In this document: positions 19,256 through 30,800 of the stretch, in pieces | How positions within the stretch are numbered: the stretch's first letter is position 1 | Layout: the number at the start of each line of letters is the position of its first letter | DNA from: a virus | Taxonomy: Duplodnaviria; Caudoviricetes | Virus record (IMG/VR): IMGVR_UViG_3300017700_000778 | Span: 1-63,129 of that record | Direction: 5' to 3' (one strand) | Length of the DNA stretch: 63,129 nt | Program-made: the position numbers and the translations under genes | The notes under the pieces: generated by a model | Database searches by the model: none | Seen by the model: the letters and a program-made list of their open reading frames with translations, nothing else | What the model was told of the DNA's origin: nothing

Positions 19256-21061
19256 ATGGTAGCCGCACGGATTTCTCCGTTCGGCGGAATGGTGCCAGCA
19301 GTCGATGACGGGCTGTTGGCACCAATTAATGCTGCGTATGCACGCGACACGTGGACTTACTCCGGTGCAGTTGTCGGCCTCCCCCAGCGGAAGCTGCTGC
19401 GCACGCTCACTAACCCCCTCGCAGGTAAAGTCTACCGCGTTCCGAACAACTACACAGACGCCATCCACTTGTCGGATAGTCTGTGGTTGGAATTTTCCCA
19501 CCCCGATACTGACGTGCTGCGCACGCAGGTTGTGGGAGACACGTTCGACCGTTACTACTGGGCTTCGCCGGTCGATGTACCGCGGTACATGACATATCCC
19601 CAACTGCAGGCTGCTGCTCCGGCGCTCGCTGGCGCGTATATTCTTGGTATCCCTGCGCCCGGGGCTATCAGCGGTATTGTCTCTGGAGGTGCTAGTGCAA
19701 CTCTGAAGAGCGTTGCTTACGTGCAAACCTTCATGTCAGCGTACAGTGAAGAGGGCCCGCCGAGTGCACCAAAGCTGTACAGCGCGCAAAAAATCGATGC
19801 GACCTACACGATTACGCTCGATCAGCCAGACCCTAACGACTTAACACTCAACCGGCATATCACAGTCATTCGGCTATATCGCACCATCACAGCGACGAAC
19901 GGCACAACTACATATTTTTTTGTGACCGAAGTCCCGGTGGGAACGGTAAGCTACGCTGATAACGCAGCCGTAAATACAGACGCGGTGATCGCGCTCAACG
20001 CGCAGCTGGAGAGCACGAACTGGTCGGGTCCGCCAAGTGATTTGCAGGGCTGGATATCGATGACCAACGGTATCGTGGCTGGCTTCCGCGGCAATGAAAT
20101 CTGGTTCTGCGAGCCATACCGCATGCACGCGTGGCCGGCGATCTACACGCTTGCTGTCGAGTACCCTGTCGTGGGTCTCGGCGTGCAGAACAATGCTCTG
20201 GTGGTCACCACTGATGGTTTCGCTTACACCGTCAACGGCGCCCACCCGTCTTCGATGTCGCTCCAGAAGATCGCCGGTTTGATGCCATGCACGTCGCGCG
20301 GAAGCGTCCTGTCTACGACGATGGGGGTGTATTTCTCAACGCCCGCCGGCCTTGCTCTGGTGTCTTCCGGCGGCGTGGTGATCGCCACGAAAGAACTCAT
20401 CCGCAAGGATAAATGGAACGCGCTCGTGCAAATCAATACGCTCCGCGCTGCGCAGCTTGGCGACGCATACTATGCTTTCGGGCAGGCTATATCCGGAGTG
20501 TTTCAAGCGGATGCGTTTCAGGCGAACTTTGTGCAACTCGATGACTTCGCCGGCGCTCGCGCGGGCATGCTCATCGACCCTACGTCGGCGACGGTAGCGT
20601 TTAACAATCTCACTTCAGTAGACCCAATTACGAACGTCATGACCGATGTGTGGTCTGGCGAAGTGTTCGTGATCCAGAACGGCCAAGTGCAGTGGCTGGA
20701 TATCAGCGACGTCGCCCAGACGAAGGACCCCTTCGTGTGGCGGTCGAAGCTTTTTCAAACGACAAAGAAAGACAACTTCAACGTTGCCAAGGTGTTTTTC
20801 ACCGTCCCACCAAACACCACGGCACTGAACCCGGTCGAAGTATTTGGCTTGAACCAGACCCTACAGGCAAACCAGTGGGGGCTCTGGCGGGCCTACGCCG
20901 ATGGCGAGCTCGTTATGACCCGCGAGCTACGCGTATCGGGCGAGCAATTCAGGCTACCGTCAGGCTTCAAGGCGGACTACTGGCAGTTCGAAATTGAAGC
21001 GCGCGTGCAAGTCGATGTGATACAGGTCGCCACCAGCTCCAAAGAATTGGCAGGTATATAA
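19256..21061 (+). CDS. Tail nozzle/tubular protein B-like
   Basis: ~600 aa beta-rich; EEGPPS, WFCEPY..HAWP, FRLPSGF..DYWQFEI. Confidence 0.75.
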   Translation: MVAARISPFGGMVPAVDDGLLAPINAAYARDTWTYSGAVVGLPQRKLLRTLTNPLAGKVYRVPNNYTDAIHLSDSLWLEFSHPDTDVLRTQVVGDTFDRYYWASPVDVPRYMTYPQLQAAAPALAGAYILGIPAPGAISGIVSGGASATLKSVAYVQTFMSAYSEEGPPSAPKLYSAQKIDATYTITLDQPDPNDLTLNRHITVIRLYRTITATNGTTTYFFVTEVPVGTVSYADNAAVNTDAVIALNAQLESTNWSGPPSDLQGWISMTNGIVAGFRGNEIWFCEPYRMHAWPAIYTLAVEYPVVGLGVQNNALVVTTDGFAYTVNGAHPSSMSLQKIAGLMPCTSRGSVLSTTMGVYFSTPAGLALVSSGGVVIATKELIRKDKWNALVQINTLRAAQLGDAYYAFGQAISGVFQADAFQANFVQLDDFAGARAGMLIDPTSATVAFNNLTSVDPITNVMTDVWSGEVFVIQNGQVQWLDISDVAQTKDPFVWRSKLFQTTKKDNFNVAKVFFTVPPNTTALNPVEVFGLNQTLQANQWGLWRAYADGELVMTRELRVSGEQFRLPSGFKADYWQFEIEARVQVDVIQVATSSKELAGI

Positions 21062-21252
21062 TGCCAGTCAAGCGATACCCACCCATTCCAGATAGCTCCA
21101 CCGACCCCGAGGCTTTGCGCCGGACAGATTTAGCGTTGAAGGAAACCCTCGAGATCATGACAGGCGTGCGCGGCAACCGCGGCGACAGCGTCGTGACGTG
21201 GCAGGACTTAGTGGACCTTGGGCTCATTGTGCCGACGCAGGTGCCGAAGTGA
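21061..21252 (+). CDS. Small tail-associated protein
   Basis: LKETLEIMTGVRG...VTWQDLVDLG. Confidence 0.7.
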   Translation: MPVKRYPPIPDSSTDPEALRRTDLALKETLEIMTGVRGNRGDSVVTWQDLVDLGLIVPTQVPK

Positions 21253-21686
21253 TCGTGTTCAACAACGTCGAGCACGGTAGTGCGATCGCCGACGCTATTC
21301 CGCGACCCTACAACCCGGCGAAAGACGTGGTGATCAGCCGCGTTACCCCCGAGGGTAACCTTATGGGCGGCGTCATCTACGACGGCTTCACTGGTGGGTG
21401 CATTTTCATGCATCAGGCCAGTTTCAGCCGTAATTGGTTGATCGGCAACATGATGTGGATCGTGTTCGACTACCCGTTCAACAAGCTGGGCGTGAACAAG
21501 GTGGCGGGAACGATCAACTCCAACAACGAGGAACTGCTTGATTTCAACCTCCGTCTCGGCTTTAAGGAGGAGGCGCGGATCAAGGATGCCTACCGCAACG
21601 GGGATATGATCGTGCTGACCATGGACCGCACCAGCTGCCGATGGCTCAAGATCAAGCCCAAAGTCTATGAGGACACAGCGGCATGA
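21249..21686 (+). CDS. GNAT-fold acetyltransferase-like protein
   Basis: FDYPFNKLG...FNLRLGFKEEARI; typical position before ejection proteins. Confidence 0.8.
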   Translation: MIVFNNVEHGSAIADAIPRPYNPAKDVVISRVTPEGNLMGGVIYDGFTGGCIFMHQASFSRNWLIGNMMWIVFDYPFNKLGVNKVAGTINSNNEELLDFNLRLGFKEEARIKDAYRNGDMIVLTMDRTSCRWLKIKPKVYEDTAA

Positions 21687-22852
21687 GCGATCAAGAAACT
21701 CCTCCGGCCCCGGACTACTCGCCCTATCTGACGGCGTTCCAAGACATCGCCGCCGCCGCGAAGACGCACGGCGACGAGGCGTTGAAGTGGGCGCAGGATC
21801 AGGTCGCCAGCAACAAGGATTTGCTCGATCAGGTCAATAAGGGGCTGCTCGACGTCCAGACCACGTTCACGGATGCTGCCAAGCAGCGCTTGCAACAGTC
21901 CGGCGACACGATCACCAAGGGTCTCACCAACCTCGAAGCGCAGTACGAAAAATACACTGACCCGGCGCGTAAGGCGGCGTCGATGGGTGCGGCCGAAGCC
22001 GGCGCGGCGCAGGCGAACGAGGCTGCCCGCAAGTCCAGCATGGCTGAGCTGGAGAGCTACGGTCTCAATCCGGGCAGCGTGCGCTACGCAGGGCTCGACG
22101 CGGGCGTGCGCCTGCAGGATGCGGCAAGCCGTGTAGGCGCGGGCAACATCGCCGCGCGCACCGACGATGCGTTGGCAGACCAGACCAACCAGCAAATTCT
22201 CGCTGAGGGTAACGCCCTCGCTGGACAGTCGAACGCCAATGCGGCCACCGGCGCGGGCGCAGGCACTGGTGCTGTGGGTGGCGCGAACTCCACCACGGCC
22301 ACCGGCGGCGGCGTGCTCGGCACCGGCCTGCAGTGGACTGGCGCGGATACGAATGCTGTACAGGGTGGGGTCGGCGCCACAAACACGGGGTTCAGCAACA
22401 CGGCAAAGTCGGCAGAAATTTCGAACAGTAGCTCATCGGGCCTTGGCTCGCTTTTGGGTATCGGTGCGTCCATGCTCGGCAAGGGGGGAGCGCTTGCTTC
22501 CGGCGGGGCGCTGGCGTTCCTCGAGGATGGTGGTGCTGTGGATGACGTTGACAGCGGCGGCGGCGCGGTCCCTGTCGAGATGTCCCCATCGGGCGGCGCG
22601 GCCATCGACGACGTGGACGCTGTGTCGCCCGGCGGTCCGGCCAAGCTCAACGCTGGTGAGTTTGTCATGCCGGACGACGCCACGAAGTGGTATGGCGAGA
22701 AATTCTTCCAGAACCTGATCCTGAAGGCGCGCAAGGAGAAGGGCGAAGCACAGGCCAAGCCGGAGAACCGCCCCGCTGTTGGTGGCCCGGCCCCGGCCGA
22801 TCCGGCGTTCCAGCCGCGCCCCCAAGCATCGCAGGGTGCTCTTCCAGTTTAA
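21683..22852 (+). CDS. Internal virion/ejection protein
   Basis: PPAPDY N-terminus, Ala/Gly-rich, LNAGEFVMP motif. Confidence 0.75.
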   Translation: MSDQETPPAPDYSPYLTAFQDIAAAAKTHGDEALKWAQDQVASNKDLLDQVNKGLLDVQTTFTDAAKQRLQQSGDTITKGLTNLEAQYEKYTDPARKAASMGAAEAGAAQANEAARKSSMAELESYGLNPGSVRYAGLDAGVRLQDAASRVGAGNIAARTDDALADQTNQQILAEGNALAGQSNANAATGAGAGTGAVGGANSTTATGGGVLGTGLQWTGADTNAVQGGVGATNTGFSNTAKSAEISNSSSSGLGSLLGIGASMLGKGGALASGGALAFLEDGGAVDDVDSGGGAVPVEMSPSGGAAIDDVDAVSPGGPAKLNAGEFVMPDDATKWYGEKFFQNLILKARKEKGEAQAKPENRPAVGGPAPADPAFQPRPQASQGALPV

Positions 22853-22862
22853 GCGAGGCACC

Positions 22863-24830
22863 ATGAGCTTTTCTGCCGAGATCAAGGATTTTCTGGGCGC
22901 CTACAAGACGGGCCAGAGCATCAACGCGTCGCGCACTGATCAGGACTACAAAGAGGCGCAGACCGAAGCTTCAAAGCTGAAGACCGAGCGTGACAATGAC
23001 CCCGAGACGTTGAAGCTCGCTGCCGATCAAGCGCGGGCAACGCTGGCCTCCACCCAGCAGCGCATGGGCCTTGCCGCTTCCGCACGAAGCGATGCCGCGG
23101 CGAACAGCGCTGTGTCTCGCCAGATCGCGCAAGAACGTCTCCGCCAGATGAAACTTGCTGGGCAAGATACGGGCAGTGGCCTGTACCCGCCGGGTGCGAT
23201 CAACGCCACTGTGGACGCCAGCGGCCAGCCAATTCCGGGCAATGTGCCGGTCGTGCAGGGAGCACTTCCAATCGGACCATCGACGCTTGACAACAGCGAA
23301 GACGCCTACGAGGACGGCGGGCTCGTTGAAGACGACGAGGGTGACGCGCCGCTGGAGCAGGGCGTGCTGGATACAGCGCCAATCCCTGCGCCCGCGAACG
23401 CGCCGACAGACGTGAGTGCGCAGAGCCGGCGCAACCCCAATGCGCCTCCGAAGGGCCTCGAGGGCGTGATCTCGCCGCAGCTGGTTGAGGATGCGCGCCG
23501 GGCAGGCATGACGTTTGGCATCGACAAGGCGGGGCTTGCGCAGTCCGGCGCGTTGAAGAGCCCGGCGGCGCTGCTCAAGGCGAAGCAGATCGCGCAAGGC
23601 ATGGGCGGCCTCAGCGAACAGGAGATGTCCGCGGCGAAACAGGCGGTCGACCCGGAGGGCAAGCTTACCGAGAGCCAGCGCAACGTTGCCGCACTGGGGA
23701 GCGTGTATCAGTTCTGGGCCAACAAGGGTGACCCGGAGCGTGCCCGGCGCGTGGCGTTCCAGATGCTGCAGCACTACCGGTCGGCGTCGCAGCGCTACGC
23801 TGCCATCGCGGCAAAGGCGGCCGAAGGCGGCAACATGGACCTTGCGACGAAGGCGGCATTGAAGGCGTACGCCAATGTGCCAGACGGCAAAGACCTTGAA
23901 ATCATGGCAAACCCGGATGGGGGCCTGATGTACACGTACACCGATGCCAAGGGCGACGTGATCGCTAAGGGCGTGGCGACGCCGCAGCAACTCGTTTCCA
24001 GCGCTATGGGCCTCGCCACCGGCGGCTTCGACAAAGCGATCCTGTCCGCCGCCGGCGCCACCGCGGATACCGGTGCGGTGAAGACTTCCGGTACCGGTAA
24101 GGCCCAGTCCGCCAGTGACCGCGCCAAGGAAGCCGAGAGCGTTGGCGGTGAAGTCGAGAAGATGAAGACCGCTTGGCAGACCAAGAACAAGGACAAGCCG
24201 CTCGACGAGGAGCAGTGGGCTGAAGTTGGCAACGTTGCGCAGCACATCTATCAGCAGAACCCGAAAGCCACGGCCAATGAAGTGGCGCGCGCGGCGCACG
24301 CCATGCTGAGTTTGGGTGACGATCCGGAGAAGCCCGGCTTCAAGGTAAAGCCCGGCGAGGAGGGCAAGCCAAACGTGGTGGACTTCGGCGGCAAGCTGAA
24401 GGTGGAGCTCGATGACAGCCAGCTGGAAACCATCCTGAATACGCGCGCTACTCGTGTGAAGGCGGCCGTCGACAAGATCGACAAGGACATGCAGGACAGC
24501 GAGAAGCCCGGGTTCGTTGACAAGGCGGCGACGGCGGCTGCCAACATTGGGGGCGTCATCGCCGACGATGCAAAAAAGTTCGCCGGCGAAGTCCGCGGCG
24601 CGATCCCGGATGAACTGGTGGCCCGCGGCGGCAGCGCTCTGCAGTCAGCTGGCCGGGCGCTCAACGATGGCCTGAAAGTCCTCACCGACCCGGATATCAA
24701 CGTTGGCACGCTGTCCACCGCGTTCAAGGACAAGACGCGCGCCGCGGCGCAGGCCATACTGGACAAGCTTGGCCCGGCCATGAGCAACAAAGGCGCGATC
24801 GCCGTGGACGAAGCAGACCGGCCGCTGTAA
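22863..24830 (+). CDS. Internal virion/ejection protein
   Basis: ~655 aa, helical, between ejection genes. Confidence 0.7.
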   Translation: MSFSAEIKDFLGAYKTGQSINASRTDQDYKEAQTEASKLKTERDNDPETLKLAADQARATLASTQQRMGLAASARSDAAANSAVSRQIAQERLRQMKLAGQDTGSGLYPPGAINATVDASGQPIPGNVPVVQGALPIGPSTLDNSEDAYEDGGLVEDDEGDAPLEQGVLDTAPIPAPANAPTDVSAQSRRNPNAPPKGLEGVISPQLVEDARRAGMTFGIDKAGLAQSGALKSPAALLKAKQIAQGMGGLSEQEMSAAKQAVDPEGKLTESQRNVAALGSVYQFWANKGDPERARRVAFQMLQHYRSASQRYAAIAAKAAEGGNMDLATKAALKAYANVPDGKDLEIMANPDGGLMYTYTDAKGDVIAKGVATPQQLVSSAMGLATGGFDKAILSAAGATADTGAVKTSGTGKAQSASDRAKEAESVGGEVEKMKTAWQTKNKDKPLDEEQWAEVGNVAQHIYQQNPKATANEVARAAHAMLSLGDDPEKPGFKVKPGEEGKPNVVDFGGKLKVELDDSQLETILNTRATRVKAAVDKIDKDMQDSEKPGFVDKAATAAANIGGVIADDAKKFAGEVRGAIPDELVARGGSALQSAGRALNDGLKVLTDPDINVGTLSTAFKDKTRAAAQAILDKLGPAMSNKGAIAVDEADRPL

Positions 24831-24839
24831 GGGTGGGGT

Positions 24840-27800
24840 ATGGCAGAAATCGATAACTACCTCCTCGGCCCGTCCTCGAAGCCGGAAGACGAAGCGCTCG
24901 GCACGGCCGGAGACTTCGCCAAGACGCTGGGCGCCGGTGCCGTCCGCATCGGCTCGAACGTTGCCGCGGGCGGCCGCTACCTTGCTGAGGGTGCTGGTCG
25001 CGACGACGTCGCCGCGCTCGCCAAGAACATCCAGAGCATTTTCTCTGCCGGCGAGGAAGCGATCACCGACACGATCAACCCCGCTACGCGCAAGCTCGCC
25101 GCCAGCGCTCTGACGTCGGATGAGTTCTGGGCGCATCCGGTGCTGGCCACTTCGCTGAAAGCCACGGGCATGCTGCCGTCGATCGCCGCCGCCGCGATCC
25201 CCGGCGGGCTCATGGCCGATGCGCTGGGCGCTACGCTCGTTGCGTCCGCGGCCGGCGGCGCGTTGAACGCCACGGACGGCGTCGACGAGTTCTACAAGAA
25301 GCTCGACGCCATGTCGGACACCGAGCTGCAGGAGCAGTCGCCGAAATACAAAGCGATGCGCCAGCTGATGGATGAGGGTGATGCGCGCAAGCGCTTCAAT
25401 CGTGAAGCGCAGGGCTGGGGCCCGACGCTCAACCTCCTGATCGGCGCCGCCGGCGGCGCGCTGGGCCCGGCCGGTACCGCGGCGCGAGCCATGGCGGGCG
25501 GTGCGAAGAACGCTGTGTTGGGCGCTGGAGAGCGGGGCGTGCTGGGCTCGACGGCGGTGGCTGTCGGCGAAGGCGCGCTGACGAACGCCGCGGAGGAAGG
25601 CGTCAACGAAGTCACGCAGCAATCGGCCGAGATCGACGCCGACATGCGCAAGGAATTCGACAAGGCGCGCGTCGCCAACGCGGCGCTCGAAGGCGGTTAT
25701 ATGGGTGGCCTCTTTGGCGGTGTCGTCGGCGCCGTCACCGGCGGCCACGCCGCGCCGAAGCAAACCCGCGTTGCCGAAGACATCAAGACCACAACCGCGG
25801 TGGCGGCGCCGCAGGTTCAGAACGGCTCAACTGGCACGCCGGCGAAGCCCGCAGAGATCGAAGCGAACCCGCAGAACGCGCCGAGCACCACGCCGCGCGA
25901 TCAGGGCAAGCTCGACACCAAGACCGCTCCGACAAAGGCTGTGGTGCCCCAGCCGGAACCTGTGAGCTCCGACGTTGCCGCCGCTGTGGCTGCCAACGAC
26001 AAAAGCGCCACCGTCTCGCCGACGGAAGTCGCGGCGATGGAGACGCGGTCCCCGAACGAGACGCTGGATGCGCTGGACCAAGAGGGTCAGGTTACCCCGC
26101 TGGGTAATGAGGCTCCCGCGCCCGGGCTGGACACCGGCCAGAACGTTCCGGAGCAACCTGCCAGCCTGCCCGAGCAGATCGCTCAGATCGGCACCGGTGA
26201 GCGTAAGGCGGCCATGGTGCCGAAGGGGACTGTAGTTCCGGCTGAGCTTCTCGCCGGCCGCAAGGATTTGCGCCGTCATCGCACCACGAGGGGCACGTTC
26301 ATCTATGACCCGAAGCTTACAAATCCTGCAGAAATTCAGAAGCTATCAAAGGCTGGACGCGAGAACGAACTCCTCGGTCTCGGTCCGGTTTCTAAGCCCG
26401 CCGCCGTCGCGGATGCAGCTGCTGGCGCGGCGCCTGTTGCGGTTACTGAGCGGACGCCAGCCGGCGTCGAAGTCAAAGCCGCCGCCGGAACAACTGCCAC
26501 TCTTCCAGAGCAGGCAGCTTCCCTTGAGGCGCAGAAATCCCCCGGGAATGTCGTCGCTGTAGAGACGCCCGAGCAGGTTCTGGCTGCGCGCGCCAAGCCC
26601 GGCGGCGGGCGGGTGCTGCGCGATCTACGCCAGCCCAAGGAGGAAGCCAACGCCGTTGCACCGGCGCCGCCGGCGGCCGCCCCCGTGAAGGACCCCGACA
26701 CCAAGGGCCCGGGCAAGAATTACCGCGGCAAGGCCGGGCAGGTGCGTGACGCCACGCTGGCGCATTCCAAGGACGTGGTCGAGGCATACCCGCCGAACCC
26801 CGACGCTGAAGACGGCTACCACCGGCTGCCCGCGCGCCGGAACGTCGTGGTGCAGCGGCTGCGCGCCATGGTGGCGGACGCCGAGAAGCGTCTTGGCAAG
26901 CCGATCCAGACCCAGATCAAGCGTAGTGCCAAGGGAGACGCCCTCAGTGACGATGCGAACGTTCTTCTCCTCCGGATCGCGAAAGACGTGGTCAAGACCG
27001 CGGACAAATACCCGGAGGGGAAGGCGATCACGGATGCCGTCGCCACGTTCAAAAGCGACGAAGCGCTCATTCGGGCAGGAGCACCTGAAGAAGTAATCGC
27101 GCGCCGGCTCGAAGAAGGCGACCGCGCCAGCCGCAAGACCGGCGGTGCCGAGAACGATATCGAACAGCACGCCGACACGTCCATCGACGAGAACGCCAGC
27201 GACGTCCCGGAATATGCTGCTGATGCGGCGACCGGCGACGAGATCACCGCGGCTCCCGGGGGACAGGATGGCGCGATCGATGCACACGTCGCCGAGACCG
27301 TGGCTGCCGATACCAACGAAGACGCAGTCAACGATGACGGTGTCGAAGTCGCGCGCGACGAAGCCATTGAGCAGGGTCGCAGCGTCAAACACATCGAAGT
27401 GAAGCAGGAGAAGGCGAAGTCCAACATGACGCCGCGGGAGGCGCGCAAGGCAGCGCTTGCCGGCCTGAAGCCCGTGCAGATCAAGAACGACGCGAAGTTC
27501 GCCGCGCGCAAAGCTGCGGTCGAGGCCGACGTCGCGAACGTTATGGCGAACCCACTGCGCGTGGATCGAAACCCGACCGAGGCGCAGAAGCGCGCGGGCA
27601 ACTACAAGAAAGGCCACCGTCGTGTCGAAGGTCTGGACTTCACGATTGAGAACCCGAAGGGCGCTATCCGTAGTGGTGTCGATGAGAACGGCCGAAAGTG
27701 GTCCGTCCGCATGCCCGCTGACTACGGTTACATCCGCCGCACTGTCGGCGCAGATGGAGACCACGTCGATGCTTATGATGGCCGGTCTGGCGGTAAGTTC

Positions 27801-30800
27801 TTCATTGTGGACCAGTTGGATGCACGTAGCGGAGCGTTTGACGAACATAAGGTGATGCTGCGCTTCAAGGACGAGCAGGCCGCGATGGACGCGTATCATG
27901 CTGCGTTCTCGGATGGCAAAGGCGCCGACCGTATGGGCTTCATCCACGAAGTGAGTGCTTCGGAACTGAAGGAGTGGTTGAACGGCGACACAACGCTACC
28001 AGTGCTCGACACGCTGACGCGCGACTTCGACAAGGTTAATTTCGATGTGGCGCCCGGCGGGCGTTTGCCAGTGATCGCCAGCAACGGCGTGAAGGTGTGG
28101 CCGCTGCGCAGCTCGAACGCTGCTATTGAGCTCGATGGTCTGGATTTCAGCGGCACTGAAGGCGTCAACGCCGAGCTTGCGAAGTTCATGCAGTCGAAAC
28201 TGCGGAGGCTCGCCGGCGAGACCGCCGTACACTACGTGACCCCCGAGGATATGGCGCGGCTGTATCCCGGCGCGGGTCGCCCCCCTGCTGGCCTACAGGT
28301 TTACGACCGGACGACCGGGCGCGGTGAAGTATACCTGCTCGACACGCTCCAGAAGGGCAGTGACTTCGGCAGCAACGGTCACGTGTTATTGCACGAGCTG
28401 GCGCATGTCGTCACCGCCCGCGAGATCGAGAACGTACCCAACGCCGAAGCGATGATCACCCGCCTTGCAGAGATCGCGAACAAGCACCTCAACGACAATT
28501 TGGTTGAGCTCGATCTTGAGCATGGGCCCGGCCGTTTAGACTACGGCTTCACTAATGCGTTCGAATTCATCGCAGAGGCGTTTTCGAATCCGCAGTTTCA
28601 AGACTTTTTGGCGCGCATCCCGATCGACGACCAGCTGGCGCATTACCTCGAGATCGATCGGCCGGGCAAAATGTCCGCGTGGGATGTGCTGCGCAAGTTC
28701 GTGCAGAAGGCAATTGAAAAGCTCACCGGTACGCTGCCCGGTGGCCCAACTGTGCTCGACGGTATCCTCAAGGTTGGCGAGCACCTTACCAACATCTACG
28801 AGGTCACTAGCCCGTCGCCATATGCTCGCGGCAAGGTTGGCGACAGCATCGCGCAACAGAACGCTTTTCAACTATCCACGCGCGCCGCGGAGAGCGTGCG
28901 CCGTATGTTGGAGAGCCGCGAAGCCAACGTGAGTGCGCCGAAAGCGCTCAAGCTCCGCACGTTCGACAATATCGCGCAGATCGCCGATCACTATTTTGGC
29001 GAGAACAACCCCGTGCGCAAAATCCACAGCGCCATCGAACGCATGCGTGTTCGCGGCGAGCAGATCGCGCAGCAGTCTGAACCTGTCGTCCGAAAGCTTG
29101 CGGAGCTGCGCGCGAAGAACCGTGCCGCTTACGAAGAGATGAGCTCATTGATGCATGACGCCACTGTGGCGAATGTGCACCCCGACGTATCTTTGTCGGA
29201 CGTCAAGAACGCGCATCTTGGTAAGAACGCCATGCGCAGCGTCTGGAATAAGGCGCAGCACGCCGAACTGGCGAAGCGCTTCAAGATGCTCCCGGAAGAG
29301 TACCAGAGCGCGTTCCATCAGGCGACCAAGCACTTCCGCGATCAGCAGAACAAGATGTCGCTCGGCATCATCCAGAACCAAGTGCTCAAGCTGTTGGGGC
29401 ATGACGATGCAGCGCTGGCTCGACGCGTGCACGAAGGCAATCTTACTGACGCTGATCGTACTCTGCTGGGTGCAAACGCTGAAACGCTCGAGGACGCCGG
29501 CGAGCTCTCCAAGATCGAGGGGCCCTACGTCCCCCTGATGCGCCGCGGCGACCACGTCGTGAAGGGCGACTATAAAGTTACCTCGCCGGGTAATGCCAAG
29601 GTGATCAGCAATTCGGGGGGTAGCGTCGAGTTTGAATTCACGACGCGCCAAGAAGCCGAGGATTACGCCAAGAACTCCTCTCTGCAGGTGGACCTGAAGA
29701 AAATCTGGGTGGATCAAGCCACCGGCGAAATGAACGTGACGGACCCCGCCACTGGAAAATCGCATCGAGTGATCGCCGAAGACTTGGACGCGGTGGACCG
29801 CTATCGCGTGAAGGTGCGCAACCGGCACGTGGAGTTCGTCGAAGGCAAGAAGGCGGCGATTGCGCGCGCCGCGGAGCTGGCCAAGGACGGCAATCTGGCC
29901 GTGCATGAAGTAGTACCGCGCGCCAAAGAGGTCGAAGGAAGGGCCGGATCGGACCTATCTACCGCGCTCACTCGCCTTGTGAAGAAGCTGGAAAAGTCCG
30001 ACCAGTACCAGAACGCCACGCCCACGCAGCGGGCGGCGCTCAAGCAGGCCATCGAGGAGGCGGCGTTGGCTTCGCACGGCTCGACGCGCGTGAGCTCGCG
30101 CGCCCTGCCCCGGCGCGGCGTGCAGGGCTACAGCGAAGACCTTGTGCAGAACACGGTGGATTACGCGGGTAGCTCGTCGCGCTATCTGGCGAAGCTCGAG
30201 CATGGTCCGGCGCTGGAGACCGGGCTCAAGGAAATGGCTGAGCAGCTGGACCGCGACCACTCCAAGACGGGGCAGTACGCTCGCACGGCGATCTCCAACG
30301 AGGTGCGCGACCGCGTCGAAGGCGACAACGGCTTCCAGCAGGGCGGCGCGCTGGCGCCCGTCGTGAAGCGTTTGCTGAGCCTCTCATTCACGGACAAGCT
30401 GGCGTCGCCGGCCTACAGCGTGATCAACGCCATGCAGCCGGGCATGGTGACGATGCCCTATCTGAGCGGGAAGTATGGCGTCGGCCGGGCGTTCAGCGCG
30501 CTGGGCCGCGCCTACGCCGATGTCAGCGCCGGCGGCATCCTGAAAGAGGGCGCCCGGGGCACGGGGGCGGCGCTCAAGGGCAAGGAAGCGAAGAACGACC
30601 TGATGTCGCTGGTCAAGCGCAAGCTGTCCGACGACGAGCGTCGGATGATCGATTACCAGATCGCCGAGGGCACCATCGACGCCAACGCCGGCATGGAAGT
30701 CACGAACATCGCACGGTCCTACGAGGGCGCCGGCGGCAAGGCCGATGCCATGCTGCAGTATATGGAGGGCGTGACCCGCGAGATGCCGCGCGCCATTGAG